Shown here: one piece after another, positions 1 to 8,553 of the stretch
How the letters are laid out: each line of letters begins with the position of its first letter
How positions within the stretch are numbered: position 1 is the first letter of the stretch
Assembly: GCA_964388035.1 (NCBI GenBank)
Contig: CAYLZE010000109.1
Location: 1-12,415, forward strand
Direction: 5' to 3'
Length of the DNA stretch: 12,415 nt
Source of the DNA: an uncultured archaeon
Lineage (GTDB): Archaea; Asgardarchaeota; Lokiarchaeia; Sigyniarchaeales; SOKP01
The notes under the pieces: model-generated
What the model saw: the letters and a program-made list of their open reading frames with translations, nothing else
Databases searched by the model: none
Told to the model about the DNA's origin: nothing
Made by a program: the position numbers and the translations under genes

Positions 1-376
1 CATGAAGCTTAGCCCAATCACGGTAGGGACTGCTTGGTTTCAAACGGGGCTTTATCTTGTCCCCGACTTGTGCAAGCACCCACTTGTAACGGGTTGGAAG
101 TTCTTCCCTAAACCCCAGACCTTTTCGAGCTATTACATAACTCGCTAACACGTGAGTGGATAAGTTATATAATCGCGAATAGTTATATTTATCAATTAAA
201 GAGGTGTAGGCGGGATGCACTTTCTTAATGGCAACCCCTCGCTTAATACATTTCCGTTCTAACAAGTCTAATGCGGAAGTTTTAAAATTGCTTACTTTTC
301 TATTCCTTTGTTTTCCATAAGAGAATTCTTGTTCAAAAGAAAGGTCCTCAATGACAAGTCCTTTCCTTTTATTAAT
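1..376 (-). pseudogene. 5'-truncated IS200/IS605 accessory TnpB-related gene fragment (RuvC-II/III half); runs off the left edge
   Basis: Manual translation from 376 downward gives INKRKGLVIEDLSFEQEFSYGKQRNRKVSNFKTSALDLLERKCIKRGVAIKKVHPAYTSLIDKYNYSRLYNLSTHVLASYVIARKGLGFREELP... It carries VIEDL (RuvC-II Glu), VxPAYTS and SxHxxAxYVIAR(K/R)GLG motifs typical of Zn-finger-less TnpB-related proteins. In-frame TGA at 409-407 and no ATG, so the N-terminal half is missing. Not in the ORF track. Confidence 0.8.
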
Positions 377-492
377 GTGATGAATTAATATACGATGGAT
401 TATAAATCATTATTTCCATAATATTTCTCACAATTTTCTATGACTTATTCAGCTTCATGTTTTAACTTTGAGAATTAATTGTTATATTTCGG

Positions 493-900
493 TTAAAAAG
501 ATAAGACTTTCCTTGAAAGATTTTTTTTCATAGCAATTTCCAATTCCTTTTCTCTGTCAAAAAATATTGCTGCGCCATTTAAAGATTTGGCTAAAGCTAT
601 TGTTAAACAATCAGCAATCGCAATAGCTCTCTCACATTTTATAAGGGCAGCATGTTCTATTAAATTGCTTATAGGGATAATTTTAATTATGTTACTCTTT
701 ATTAAAGCATCGATCTTTACTTTTGCTTCTTCCCAAGATGATTTACGACATAAAATATAGAAAGTTTCTAAAATGGCCATTTCTGAACAATAAGCTTTCC
801 AATCTTCTTTTAATAATTTCTTGAATCTTGTAGCTAAAGCCTCATCTGCTTGAATAGCAATTAAACAGCTTGCGTCAATTGCTACTAATTATTTTTTCAT
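493..900 (-). pseudogene. vapC: VapC-like PIN-domain toxin with premature stop at codon 4
   Basis: The frame of the 493..780 ORF extends up to ATG at 900: MKK*LVAIDASCLIAIQADEALATRFKKLLKEDWKAYCSEMAILETFYILCRK...IADCLTIALA...IFFDRE. PIN acidic residues (AIDAS Asp, LET Glu, IAD Asp) are present. In-frame TAA at 891-889. The start overlaps the 3' end of the upstream small gene, as in vapBC operons. Confidence 0.8.
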
Positions 901-1147
901 CTTCTTTTCTTCCTTTTTTCAGCTCATTAAGCAATTGTTCTTTTGAAATATTTTTTAATGGTTTTAAAAATAATTCAAATTGATCCCAATTTTTTTTCTT
1001 TTCGAGATGTTCCTCAATCAAAAAGGAGATAACTTCGTCAATATTTACGGGCTGACCTGTTTCTTTTTCTATATCATGAGCTATTTGAGTTAATTTAGTC
1101 TTTGTTTCATCTTTTAATTGTATAGTTTCCATTCTATTACTTCCCAC
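875..1147 (-). CDS. Putative VapB-like antitoxin, ribbon-helix-helix type (true start may be ATG at 1132)
   Basis: 90-aa ORF directly upstream of and overlapping the PIN gene. METIQLKDETKTKL...IDEVISFLI resembles a beta-alpha-alpha RHH DNA-binding N-terminus, followed by a charged C-terminus. Confidence 0.7.
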   Translation of the reverse strand: MGSNRMETIQLKDETKTKLTQIAHDIEKETGQPVNIDEVISFLIEEHLEKKKNWDQFELFLKPLKNISKEQLLNELKKGRKEDEKIISSN

Positions 1148-1410
1148 ATCGATGAATTGAAATTCTTTAATTTAATTAGAAATATGAAAAATATATAATT
1201 ATTCCTATTTTAAAAATCGAATAGTTATATAAAAGATATATATAGAATCTCAAAGAATTCTATTTACATGGAAGTTAATTCTATTGCTTTAGTAAATTTC
1301 AACCTTGTTAAAATTCTAATAGATATTATAGATATATTGAAAAATGAGAAAGATTTATGCAAAAATATTGTTAAGATTTGACCAAACGGGTTAATTGTTT
1401 AATTTTAAGA

Positions 1411-2463
1411 TTATTTAAACAAATCAGCTAATACCTTTCCAATTTGCTGAATACTATACTGAATATCTTCTTTACTTATACTATAGTGAGTGACAAATCT
1501 TACACGATGTTTATCAATATTGAGAGCAAGGATACCTTCTTTTCTTATACCAGTAATAAATTTCATGATGCGAACGTCCTCGGGAAAAGAAATAATCAGA
1601 ATATTGGTTTGAGGTTTTGGAACGGAAATAGGAAAGCCAAGATTATCAATACCTTCAGCAAGAAGCTTCGCATTATCGTGATCCTCTTTTAACCTATTTA
1701 TCCATTCCGGTTCGAGAGCCACCAAACCAAAGGAAGCAATTATCCCTGCTTGTCTCATTCCCCCTCCCACCATCTTTCGAAATTTTCTGGCTTTTGAGAT
1801 AAATTCTTTAGAACCAGCAACCATTGACCCTACGGGGCAGGATAATCCTTTTGACAGGCAAAACATTATGCTATCCACATGTTTGGTGAATTCTGATACC
1901 GGAAGTCCAAGTGCTACGGAAGCGTTGAATATCCTTGCTCCATCAAGATGCAATTTTAAATTGTTTTTTTCTGCAAATCGTTTCATTTCGGATATTTCCG
2001 AGGGTTTGATTGCAATTCCTCCGTGAAAATTATGCGTGTTTTCCGTGCATAAGAGTGTGGTAGTAGGCTCGTGAATATCCTCTCCATTGGTAATTAACTG
2101 TTGCAAGTGGTCAAGAGAAGGCACTCCTTCTTTAGATGGATAAGTGCGGATCATTAAACCACCTATACGGGCAGCGCTTCCTACTTCATGACCATAAATA
2201 TGGCTGAGTTCTTCAAGTAAGATTTCTTCTCCTGGATTAGTCTGAGATAACAATGAAACTAAATTTCCTTGGGTTCCAGAAGTAACATAGAGAGCTGCTT
2301 CTTTACCACTTATTCCTGCTGCTTTTTCTTCTAATTCATTTATCGTGGGATCTTCTCCAAATACATCATCCCCTATCTTTGAATTATCTAGCGATTTTAG
2401 CATCTCCCACATGGCCGGAGAGGGCTTGGTAATGGTATCAGAACGTAAATCAACTTCTTTCAT
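1411..2463 (-). CDS. ltaE: Low-specificity L-threonine aldolase (PLP-dependent)
   Basis: Motifs DLRSDT, GDDVFGEDPT, SGTQGN, ENTHN, HLDGARIFNA, CLSKGL (PLP lysine) and GGGMRQAG; 350 aa. Confidence 0.93.
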   Translation of the reverse strand: MKEVDLRSDTITKPSPAMWEMLKSLDNSKIGDDVFGEDPTINELEEKAAGISGKEAALYVTSGTQGNLVSLLSQTNPGEEILLEELSHIYGHEVGSAARIGGLMIRTYPSKEGVPSLDHLQQLITNGEDIHEPTTTLLCTENTHNFHGGIAIKPSEISEMKRFAEKNNLKLHLDGARIFNASVALGLPVSEFTKHVDSIMFCLSKGLSCPVGSMVAGSKEFISKARKFRKMVGGGMRQAGIIASFGLVALEPEWINRLKEDHDNAKLLAEGIDNLGFPISVPKPQTNILIISFPEDVRIMKFITGIRKEGILALNIDKHRVRFVTHYSISKEDIQYSIQQIGKVLADLFK

Positions 2464-2557
2464 TTTCTATTCATCCTTTTTGTGGTAATCTAATTAAGAA
2501 AAGTATATTTAATTATTGATTATTCCATAAAAATAAACAGCAAATATATTTAAAACC

Positions 2558-4138
2558 ATGACAACTAGCAGGATAACAAGCAGGAAAGGCATTTCCATTA
2601 TTCCAGAGCCCGTCCGAATTCAAAATAAGGACGGATTTTTTAAGATAGATGAGAATGTCAATATTTATTTTGAAGATCCTTTCAGGGAGAATTGTCTTTT
2701 TTTAAAAGACTCTTTTTTAAATGATTTTAACTTAAATTTAAACTCATATCAATTAAGAGGAATAAAACCTGAGGGAAAATATATAAAGCTTCTATATCTT
2801 GACATTGAAGAATTTCCTCTGGAAGGATATATGATGGACATAACTCCAGAGTATATTCAGATAAAAGCGAATAACACGATAGGAGGTTTTTATGGAATTC
2901 AAAGTTTAAAGCAATTACTATTTTTGGATTCTCATTTCAAATCAAATCCCGAAGAGCTCATTTTGACAGTTCCATGTGGTAATATTGAAGATTTTCCACG
3001 ATTTAATTGGAGAGGATTTATGCTCGATGAATCGCGTCATTTTTTTGGAAAAGAAGTGGTTAAGAAGATAATAGATATCATGGCATTATTTAAATTGAAT
3101 AAATTTCATTGGCATCTCACCGATGATCAAGGATGGCGCATTGAAATAAAAAAATATCCAAGTTTGATTGAAATTGGTTCTAAAAGAAAAGGTGAAAAGT
3201 TAAGATCAATTAAAAGAAAATTACAGACTAATCAGATTAATGAAGAATATTCCGGTTATTATTCTCAAGAGGAAATCTTGGATGTAATCGAATACGCTAA
3301 GAGGTATAATATCGAGATCATCCCCGAAATCGATATTCCCGGACATACCACTGCAATCCTTGCTGCTTATCCTAAATTAAGTTGTACGGGGGGTCCCTTT
3401 GAAGTGACTACCCATTATGGTATTATTGAGGATGTGTTATGTGCGGGAAATGAAGCGGTTTATTCCTTTTTAGATGGGATACTGGATGAGATTATCAATT
3501 TATTTCCATCAAAAATAGTGCATGTTGGAGGAGATGAAGTTCCCAAAACTCGCTGGGAAAATTGTGCAAAGTGCCAAGCTAAAGTTCAACGAGAAAACTT
3601 AAAAAACGTGAACGCTTTACAACCTTATTTTACGAATAGAATGGCAAAATACTTACTTTCAAAAGAAAAAATCCTCATGGGATGGAATGAAATTTTAAAT
3701 GATAATTTAGTTCCCGAAGCATTATGTCAATATTGGACGCCAGATCTGAGTGCTTTAATAGAGCAGGTTGAAAAGGGGCGGAAAGTGGTGATGTCTGAGG
3801 GGACAAGTGTCTATTTAAATTATGGATATAAAATAATTGATATGGAAAAAGTATATCAATATGAACCCGTGCCTGATACACTTAATGCCTCGTTTCATGA
3901 TAATATATTGGGAATTGAAGCTTGTTTATGGACAGAATTTATCTCTGATCAAGCAACGTTAACTTGGTTGGCTTTTCCTCGTTTAATGGCAGTAGCAGAA
4001 TCCGGATGGACTCTAAAAAAAAACAAGAATTTTGAAGATTTTATGGGAAGACTTCTTCCCTTAATGAAAGTAATCAAGAGATATGATGTTAACCTCCCGA
4101 GTAATGAGGAATTTATAACGGAGAATACCGATACATAG
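2558..4138 (+). CDS. Beta-N-acetylhexosaminidase, glycoside hydrolase family 20
   Basis: N-terminal GH20b-like domain (IIPEP...EGY...GFYGIQSL), then RGFMLDESRHFF, FHWHLTDDQGWR, PEIDIPGHT, catalytic HVGGDE, and LWTE/FPRL motifs. No signal peptide evident. Confidence 0.93.
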   Translation: MTTSRITSRKGISIIPEPVRIQNKDGFFKIDENVNIYFEDPFRENCLFLKDSFLNDFNLNLNSYQLRGIKPEGKYIKLLYLDIEEFPLEGYMMDITPEYIQIKANNTIGGFYGIQSLKQLLFLDSHFKSNPEELILTVPCGNIEDFPRFNWRGFMLDESRHFFGKEVVKKIIDIMALFKLNKFHWHLTDDQGWRIEIKKYPSLIEIGSKRKGEKLRSIKRKLQTNQINEEYSGYYSQEEILDVIEYAKRYNIEIIPEIDIPGHTTAILAAYPKLSCTGGPFEVTTHYGIIEDVLCAGNEAVYSFLDGILDEIINLFPSKIVHVGGDEVPKTRWENCAKCQAKVQRENLKNVNALQPYFTNRMAKYLLSKEKILMGWNEILNDNLVPEALCQYWTPDLSALIEQVEKGRKVVMSEGTSVYLNYGYKIIDMEKVYQYEPVPDTLNASFHDNILGIEACLWTEFISDQATLTWLAFPRLMAVAESGWTLKKNKNFEDFMGRLLPLMKVIKRYDVNLPSNEEFITENTDT

Positions 4139-4180
4139 AACCCGTGAACTTATTTCTCTACTCTTTGTAAATTTTTAATC

Positions 4181-4220
4181 GGGGCGTGATGTATTTAGAA
4201 ACATGACGCCTCTTTTCTTT
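4181..4220 (+). terminator. GC-rich hairpin followed by a T-tract downstream of the GH20 gene
   Basis: GGGGCGTGATGT (4181-4192) pairs with ACATGACGCCTC (4201-4212) with one G-G mismatch and one G-U pair, 8-nt loop, then TTTTCTTT (4213-4220). Confidence 0.5.
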
Positions 4221-4332
4221 ACGCACTCATAAATATATTAATAAGAATAACTAATAATCTTATATTCCAAATTGAAAATTAGAAATTATTTTTAGAATTC
4301 GTATCATCATGTCTAAAAAAGAATTAATAGAA

Positions 4333-4338
4333 AGGTGA
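4333..4338 (+). promoter_or_regulatory. Shine-Dalgarno-like site for the ADH gene
   Basis: AGGTGA 10 nt upstream of ATG 4349; matches the archaeal GGAGGTGA consensus. Confidence 0.55.
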
Positions 4339-4348
4339 AAATGAAGTT

Positions 4349-5644
4349 ATGAGTCGAGAAAATCCCACATGGTATGAAACGCAAACTGTAAAGGATATGT
4401 TTTCAACAATGGGGGGTAGAGCTGTGAGAGGAGTAATGTCTAATTATTTTTCATCGAGAGTATATACGGGAAAATTAGGATTAATTCAAATCACGAATTA
4501 TTTAGCTGCCATGTTAGAACCGGATGAGCGAAGAGCTTTAATCGTCACGGATGATTTTACCCAAAAATTCTCCAAAAGGATCACGGATTATTTGAAAACG
4601 ATAGACATGGAATGGAAGATATGGCCGGGCGCAATTCCAGAGGTTCCAATGGAATGTATCACCGAAGGGGCAAAGGTATGCGAAGAATTTAAACCCACCG
4701 TGATTTTTGGGATTGGGGGCGGAAGCGTAATGGACACGGTAAAAATGGTCTTGGTTAAATATGAAAGACCTAATGAAAATCTCCTCATGATCCTTCCCTT
4801 TTTTGGATCATTGGGATTGCGGAAAAAGGTCAAGGCAGGATGGATCGCAGTTCCCACCACTTCGGGAACAGGTTCAGAAGTTACACAAGCCGCAGTTATT
4901 ACCGATACAGCCCGAAATCCCCCGAAAAAGATTGAAGTGTTAAGCGATGAACTATTTTCGGACATTACACTCTTGGATCCCGATTTTGTGAAAGATATGC
5001 CGCCCTTTTTAACGATGGCTACGGGTTTGGATGCATTAACCCATGCTGTAGGTTCTTACATCTCAAATTGGGGTACCCCTTATGTAGATGCTTTAAATAT
5101 TAAGGCTATAGAAGAAATAATAAAGTATTTACCGAGAGCTTATAAATATGGGAGCAAAGATATCGAAGCGCGAAGTCACATGCAAATGGCAGCCTTAATG
5201 GCAGGAGTTGCTTTCGGAAATACTATTACTGGGATAGACCACTCTCTTGGTCACTCTTTCGGGGCCATGTTTCATACTCATCATGGTTTGAGTGTAGGAA
5301 TATTTCTTCCCTATTCTATTGAATTTCAGTATAAGGTAACTGATAGATGGAAAGATTTATTACCCATATTCAAGGTAAAAGAAAATAACCAAGACAGGGA
5401 TCAGCTTTTTAAAGAATTCATCGAAAAATTAAAAGACTTTATTAGATCAGTGGATGGTCCAACTTGCGTGAAAGAAATTAAGGATCTCGAGATTGAAAAA
5501 GAAGATTATTTAAAGAAATTAGATTTAGTTGCCCAATATGCTGATGGTGATGCTGTTTCTCTCACAAGCTATCGTCCAATCAATAAAGAGCTATTTAGAA
5601 AGATATATGAATATGCTTGGGATGGACAATTTATAAACTTTTAA
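4349..5644 (+). CDS. Iron-containing (type III) alcohol dehydrogenase
   Basis: GGGSVMD nucleotide-binding motif, VPTTSGTGSE, metal ligands DALTH, DHSLGH and HHG; about 30-aa N-terminal extension. Confidence 0.92.
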   Translation: MSRENPTWYETQTVKDMFSTMGGRAVRGVMSNYFSSRVYTGKLGLIQITNYLAAMLEPDERRALIVTDDFTQKFSKRITDYLKTIDMEWKIWPGAIPEVPMECITEGAKVCEEFKPTVIFGIGGGSVMDTVKMVLVKYERPNENLLMILPFFGSLGLRKKVKAGWIAVPTTSGTGSEVTQAAVITDTARNPPKKIEVLSDELFSDITLLDPDFVKDMPPFLTMATGLDALTHAVGSYISNWGTPYVDALNIKAIEEIIKYLPRAYKYGSKDIEARSHMQMAALMAGVAFGNTITGIDHSLGHSFGAMFHTHHGLSVGIFLPYSIEFQYKVTDRWKDLLPIFKVKENNQDRDQLFKEFIEKLKDFIRSVDGPTCVKEIKDLEIEKEDYLKKLDLVAQYADGDAVSLTSYRPINKELFRKIYEYAWDGQFINF

Positions 5645-5665
5645 TTTATGGATGGTGGATAAAGA

Positions 5666-7540
5666 ATGAGTGAAAAATTATATGGATATAATGCAAAAAT
5701 AGCTTATATTAATTTAACTAACGGTAAAGTTGAAATAAAGGATTTAAATCCTCAAATAGCTAGAGATTATCTGGGAGGAACGGGATTAAGTGCTAAAATA
5801 ATATATGATTTATTGTCGGATGAAGATTATGAAACTTTAAAAAAGAATCCATTAGCGGAATTAAATCCCATAATCTTTGCTACAGGACCCGTTACTGGAA
5901 CATTACGACCTTCTTCAGGTAGATATTCTGTTTCGGGAATATCCCCGTTGACTAAAATATGGGGCGAAGGATCTTCCGGAGGCACGTTTTGCATTTCCTT
6001 ACACAATTCCGGGTATGATGCTCTAGTTATCACCGGGAAATCGGAAACCCCCAAATTGGTATACATTCATGATGCTATAATTGACCTGCTCGATGCACAG
6101 AAATATTGGGGAAAAAATACCTATGAAGCCCAGCAACTCATAAAAGAGGACTTGACTAATGATAGAGTTCATGTTGCAACTATCGGACCTGCGGGGGAAA
6201 ATCTGGTAAAATATGCCGCCATTTTTAATGACGAGGGAAGGGCGGTAGGACGATGCGGGTTAGGTGCTTTAATGGGATCAAAAAATCTTAAAGCTATTGC
6301 AATTCACGGAACTAAGAGAGTTGAAATTGCTGATGTCAATACAATGAAAGAAACAGTAAGGCAAGAAGATAATGAAAGACAAACGGATTTTTTAAAATCT
6401 GCAGTTTTTCATACTTTTAGTTTATACGGAACAAATTCCTACTTGGATATTGGCATGGCGCTCGGAGACACTCCGGCATATTATTACACAAAAACTGAAT
6501 TTCTTGCTGAAAAGTTAGCAGGAAAAACGCTTAGGGAGGCATTTCCCGTTTTGGATTATGGATGTGCGGGATGCACTCTTAGATGTGGAAAAACCACAGT
6601 TATCGAAGTGGATGGTAAAGATATTGAAGTGCACGGACCTGAATATGAAAGTGTTGCAGCATATGGGCCCATGGTCGGCGTTTTTGAACCAAAACCAGTA
6701 ATTTTGGCGAATCATAAATGTAATCAACTGGGAATGGATACTATTTCAAGTGGGGTAAGCATTTCCTTCTTGATCTATTTAGTTGAAAATGATCTTGGAA
6801 TTCCGAAAATCAAGGAATATTTGAAGGACGTGAAGCTGGAAGAAATTAAATGGGGGAATGCAGATTTAATACTAAAATTAATTGATAAAATTGCTTTAAG
6901 ACAAGGAATCGGTGCGATTTTGGCAGAAGGAACTAAAGTCATGGCAGAACGATTTGGTGTAGATCCTGAACTAGCCGCTCAGGTTAAAGGACTTGAGATG
7001 CCGATGCATGACCCGAGAGCTTTTGCCGGACAAGCTTTAAGCTACATGACTTGCTGTGTGGGGGCGAATCATGAAAAAGCTGATTGGTTTAGTGCAGAAT
7101 TAGGAAATTTAGGATATCCAAAATTAAGGATTAAGAGTGGAGATAGACAGAGCATTGACAGAAGAGAAAAAGGTGTAATGGCTTTGCAGGATATAAGAGC
7201 TATAGATGATTCAGCGGTTAACTGTAATTTTAGAAATCCTCCATTTGAGAATATCATTACTTATATTAACGCTGCTACTGGATATAGTTATGATAAAAAG
7301 ACTTTAATGCAAGTGGGCGAACGTGTTAATAATATAAAAAGGGTGATAAATTGTAAACTTGGAATCACTCGCGAAGATGATAAATTACCCCGCCATCTTA
7401 CTAAAGTGTTGGGAGAAGGAAAAACTGCGGATGTTAAACTGGATCTGGAGGATAATTTGAAGAGATATTATAAAGAGCGAGGATGGGACTGGAATACGGG
7501 TTTGCCTACCCCCGAAAAATTGAGTGAATTAGGTATTTAA
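5666..7540 (+). CDS. aor: Tungsten/molybdenum aldehyde:ferredoxin oxidoreductase family protein
   Basis: YLGGTG, IGPAGENLV, GRCGLGALMGSKNLKAI, [4Fe-4S] motif CAGCTLRC, GPEYE, GMDTIS, KGLEMPMHDPR and the YYKERGWD...G.P C-terminus; 21 nt after the ADH stop, so likely co-transcribed. Confidence 0.93.
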   Translation: MSEKLYGYNAKIAYINLTNGKVEIKDLNPQIARDYLGGTGLSAKIIYDLLSDEDYETLKKNPLAELNPIIFATGPVTGTLRPSSGRYSVSGISPLTKIWGEGSSGGTFCISLHNSGYDALVITGKSETPKLVYIHDAIIDLLDAQKYWGKNTYEAQQLIKEDLTNDRVHVATIGPAGENLVKYAAIFNDEGRAVGRCGLGALMGSKNLKAIAIHGTKRVEIADVNTMKETVRQEDNERQTDFLKSAVFHTFSLYGTNSYLDIGMALGDTPAYYYTKTEFLAEKLAGKTLREAFPVLDYGCAGCTLRCGKTTVIEVDGKDIEVHGPEYESVAAYGPMVGVFEPKPVILANHKCNQLGMDTISSGVSISFLIYLVENDLGIPKIKEYLKDVKLEEIKWGNADLILKLIDKIALRQGIGAILAEGTKVMAERFGVDPELAAQVKGLEMPMHDPRAFAGQALSYMTCCVGANHEKADWFSAELGNLGYPKLRIKSGDRQSIDRREKGVMALQDIRAIDDSAVNCNFRNPPFENIITYINAATGYSYDKKTLMQVGERVNNIKRVINCKLGITREDDKLPRHLTKVLGEGKTADVKLDLEDNLKRYYKERGWDWNTGLPTPEKLSELGI

Positions 7541-7547
7541 TCAATTA

Positions 7548-7637
7548 TTTTTTTATTTTCTTACTCATGTTAATTTTGCATCTTTTTACTGTTACTTTCC
7601 CTACTTTATTTTATTTTGTGAATTTTAAAAAAAAAAA
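7548..7637. terminator. Opposed oligo-T tracts between the convergent AOR and SCP2 genes
   Basis: T7 at 7548-7554 (+ strand, after AOR) and A11 at 7627-7637 (T11 on the - strand, after SCP2). Oligo-U tracts are typical archaeal termination signals. Confidence 0.45.
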
Positions 7638-7684
7638 GAAGTTCAATTAGATAAAAAGAAACCCCATCTAATTTCAATTATTAG

Positions 7685-8056
7685 TTATTTAATTCTTAAA
7701 ACAACGGTTATTGCTCTTGTGAGTCGAATAACATCCATTACCTTTCCTTTTTCTACAGTAATCTGTTCCCGGCTGATGGCATGGGTAAAATCTCCTTTTC
7801 CTTCACAAATTCTCGCAATTGCAGCGGGATCGCCACTCATTACTATTTCGGCATCTCCAAGCGTTCCTTTACTCATTTTTCCCTTGCGTTGAGTTATTTG
7901 TAAATAAAACGGATCTTCGTTATTTAGGTTGAATTGAAAGCTCATATCCCAATCCACGTCCTTACCTGAAATATTGGTAATAAAAACCGATTGAGCCTTA
8001 CGATTTTCATTTAGCTTTCCCATAATCCTTGATAAACTTTCGAATGCACCACTCAC
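7685..8056 (-). CDS. SCP2 (sterol carrier protein 2-like) lipid-binding domain protein
   Basis: 123 aa; FQFNL...FYLQI..GK...G....AEIVM...G..DF..AI....ITV..G pattern of SCP2 domains. GTG start overlapping the DUF35 stop (GTGA); SD GGAGGT at 8070-8065. Confidence 0.8.
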   Translation of the reverse strand: MSGAFESLSRIMGKLNENRKAQSVFITNISGKDVDWDMSFQFNLNNEDPFYLQITQRKGKMSKGTLGDAEIVMSGDPAAIARICEGKGDFTHAISREQITVEKGKVMDVIRLTRAITVVLRIK

Positions 8057-8553
8057 AATTCATTACCTCCTTCATATTCTGGTTTGCTAATCCAAGTCTC
8101 ATACTCATCTTCGGGCACAAAGAAAAAATCAGTCATCTTTCCTTCTCTGTGTGCAGCAAAAACTGCTCTTACCCGTTTTCCTTTCCTAATTTTTGAAGGT
8201 ACTAAATTCTCGGAAAAGATACCCTGCATTAAAGAAGTACTTGCCCCATCCAGTTTAATGAATCCAATGCCGTAAGGAACTGCTTTAATGAATGCTGATG
8301 TAGTATACCAAACAATCGTGCTCACTTGAATGGTCCCCGTTTGCTTCATTTCGATCCATTCCACGGGGGCATAACATTCAGAACAATTTATTCGAGGAGG
8401 CATCCAAATTTTACCACATTTAGTACATTTCGTCCCTAATAATTTCTTATTCTTCATCAACTCGATGAAAAATTTACTCTGTCCCCCGAAAGTATAGCGA
8501 TATGAAATTTTGATGACATCGCGGACTTGATGGTCTTGGAATTCGTCGCTCAT
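8053..8553 (-). CDS. DUF35 Zn-ribbon/OB-fold protein (thiolase partner)
   Basis: LLGTKCTKCGKIWMPPRINCSEC zinc ribbon, then OB-fold (GTI...PYGIGFIKLDG...G.RVRAVF); ATGA overlap with the thiolase stop. Confidence 0.9.
   Translation of the reverse strand: MSDEFQDHQVRDVIKISYRYTFGGQSKFFIELMKNKKLLGTKCTKCGKIWMPPRINCSECYAPVEWIEMKQTGTIQVSTIVWYTTSAFIKAVPYGIGFIKLDGASTSLMQGIFSENLVPSKIRKGKRVRAVFAAHREGKMTDFFFVPEDEYETWISKPEYEGGNEL

Noticed and set aside
1-240. Relatively GC-rich left end as a structural RNA gene
   Set aside because: Explained by the TnpB-related coding frame on the minus strand; no tRNA or rRNA features recognised.
2564-2587. 12-nt imperfect duplication (TSRI/TSRK) at the GH20 N-terminus
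   Set aside because: Two degenerate copies only; no evidence of function.
4341-4352. Mini-ORF ATG AAG TTA TGA overlapping the ADH start
   Set aside because: Only 2 nt from the SD-like site and three codons long; likely chance.
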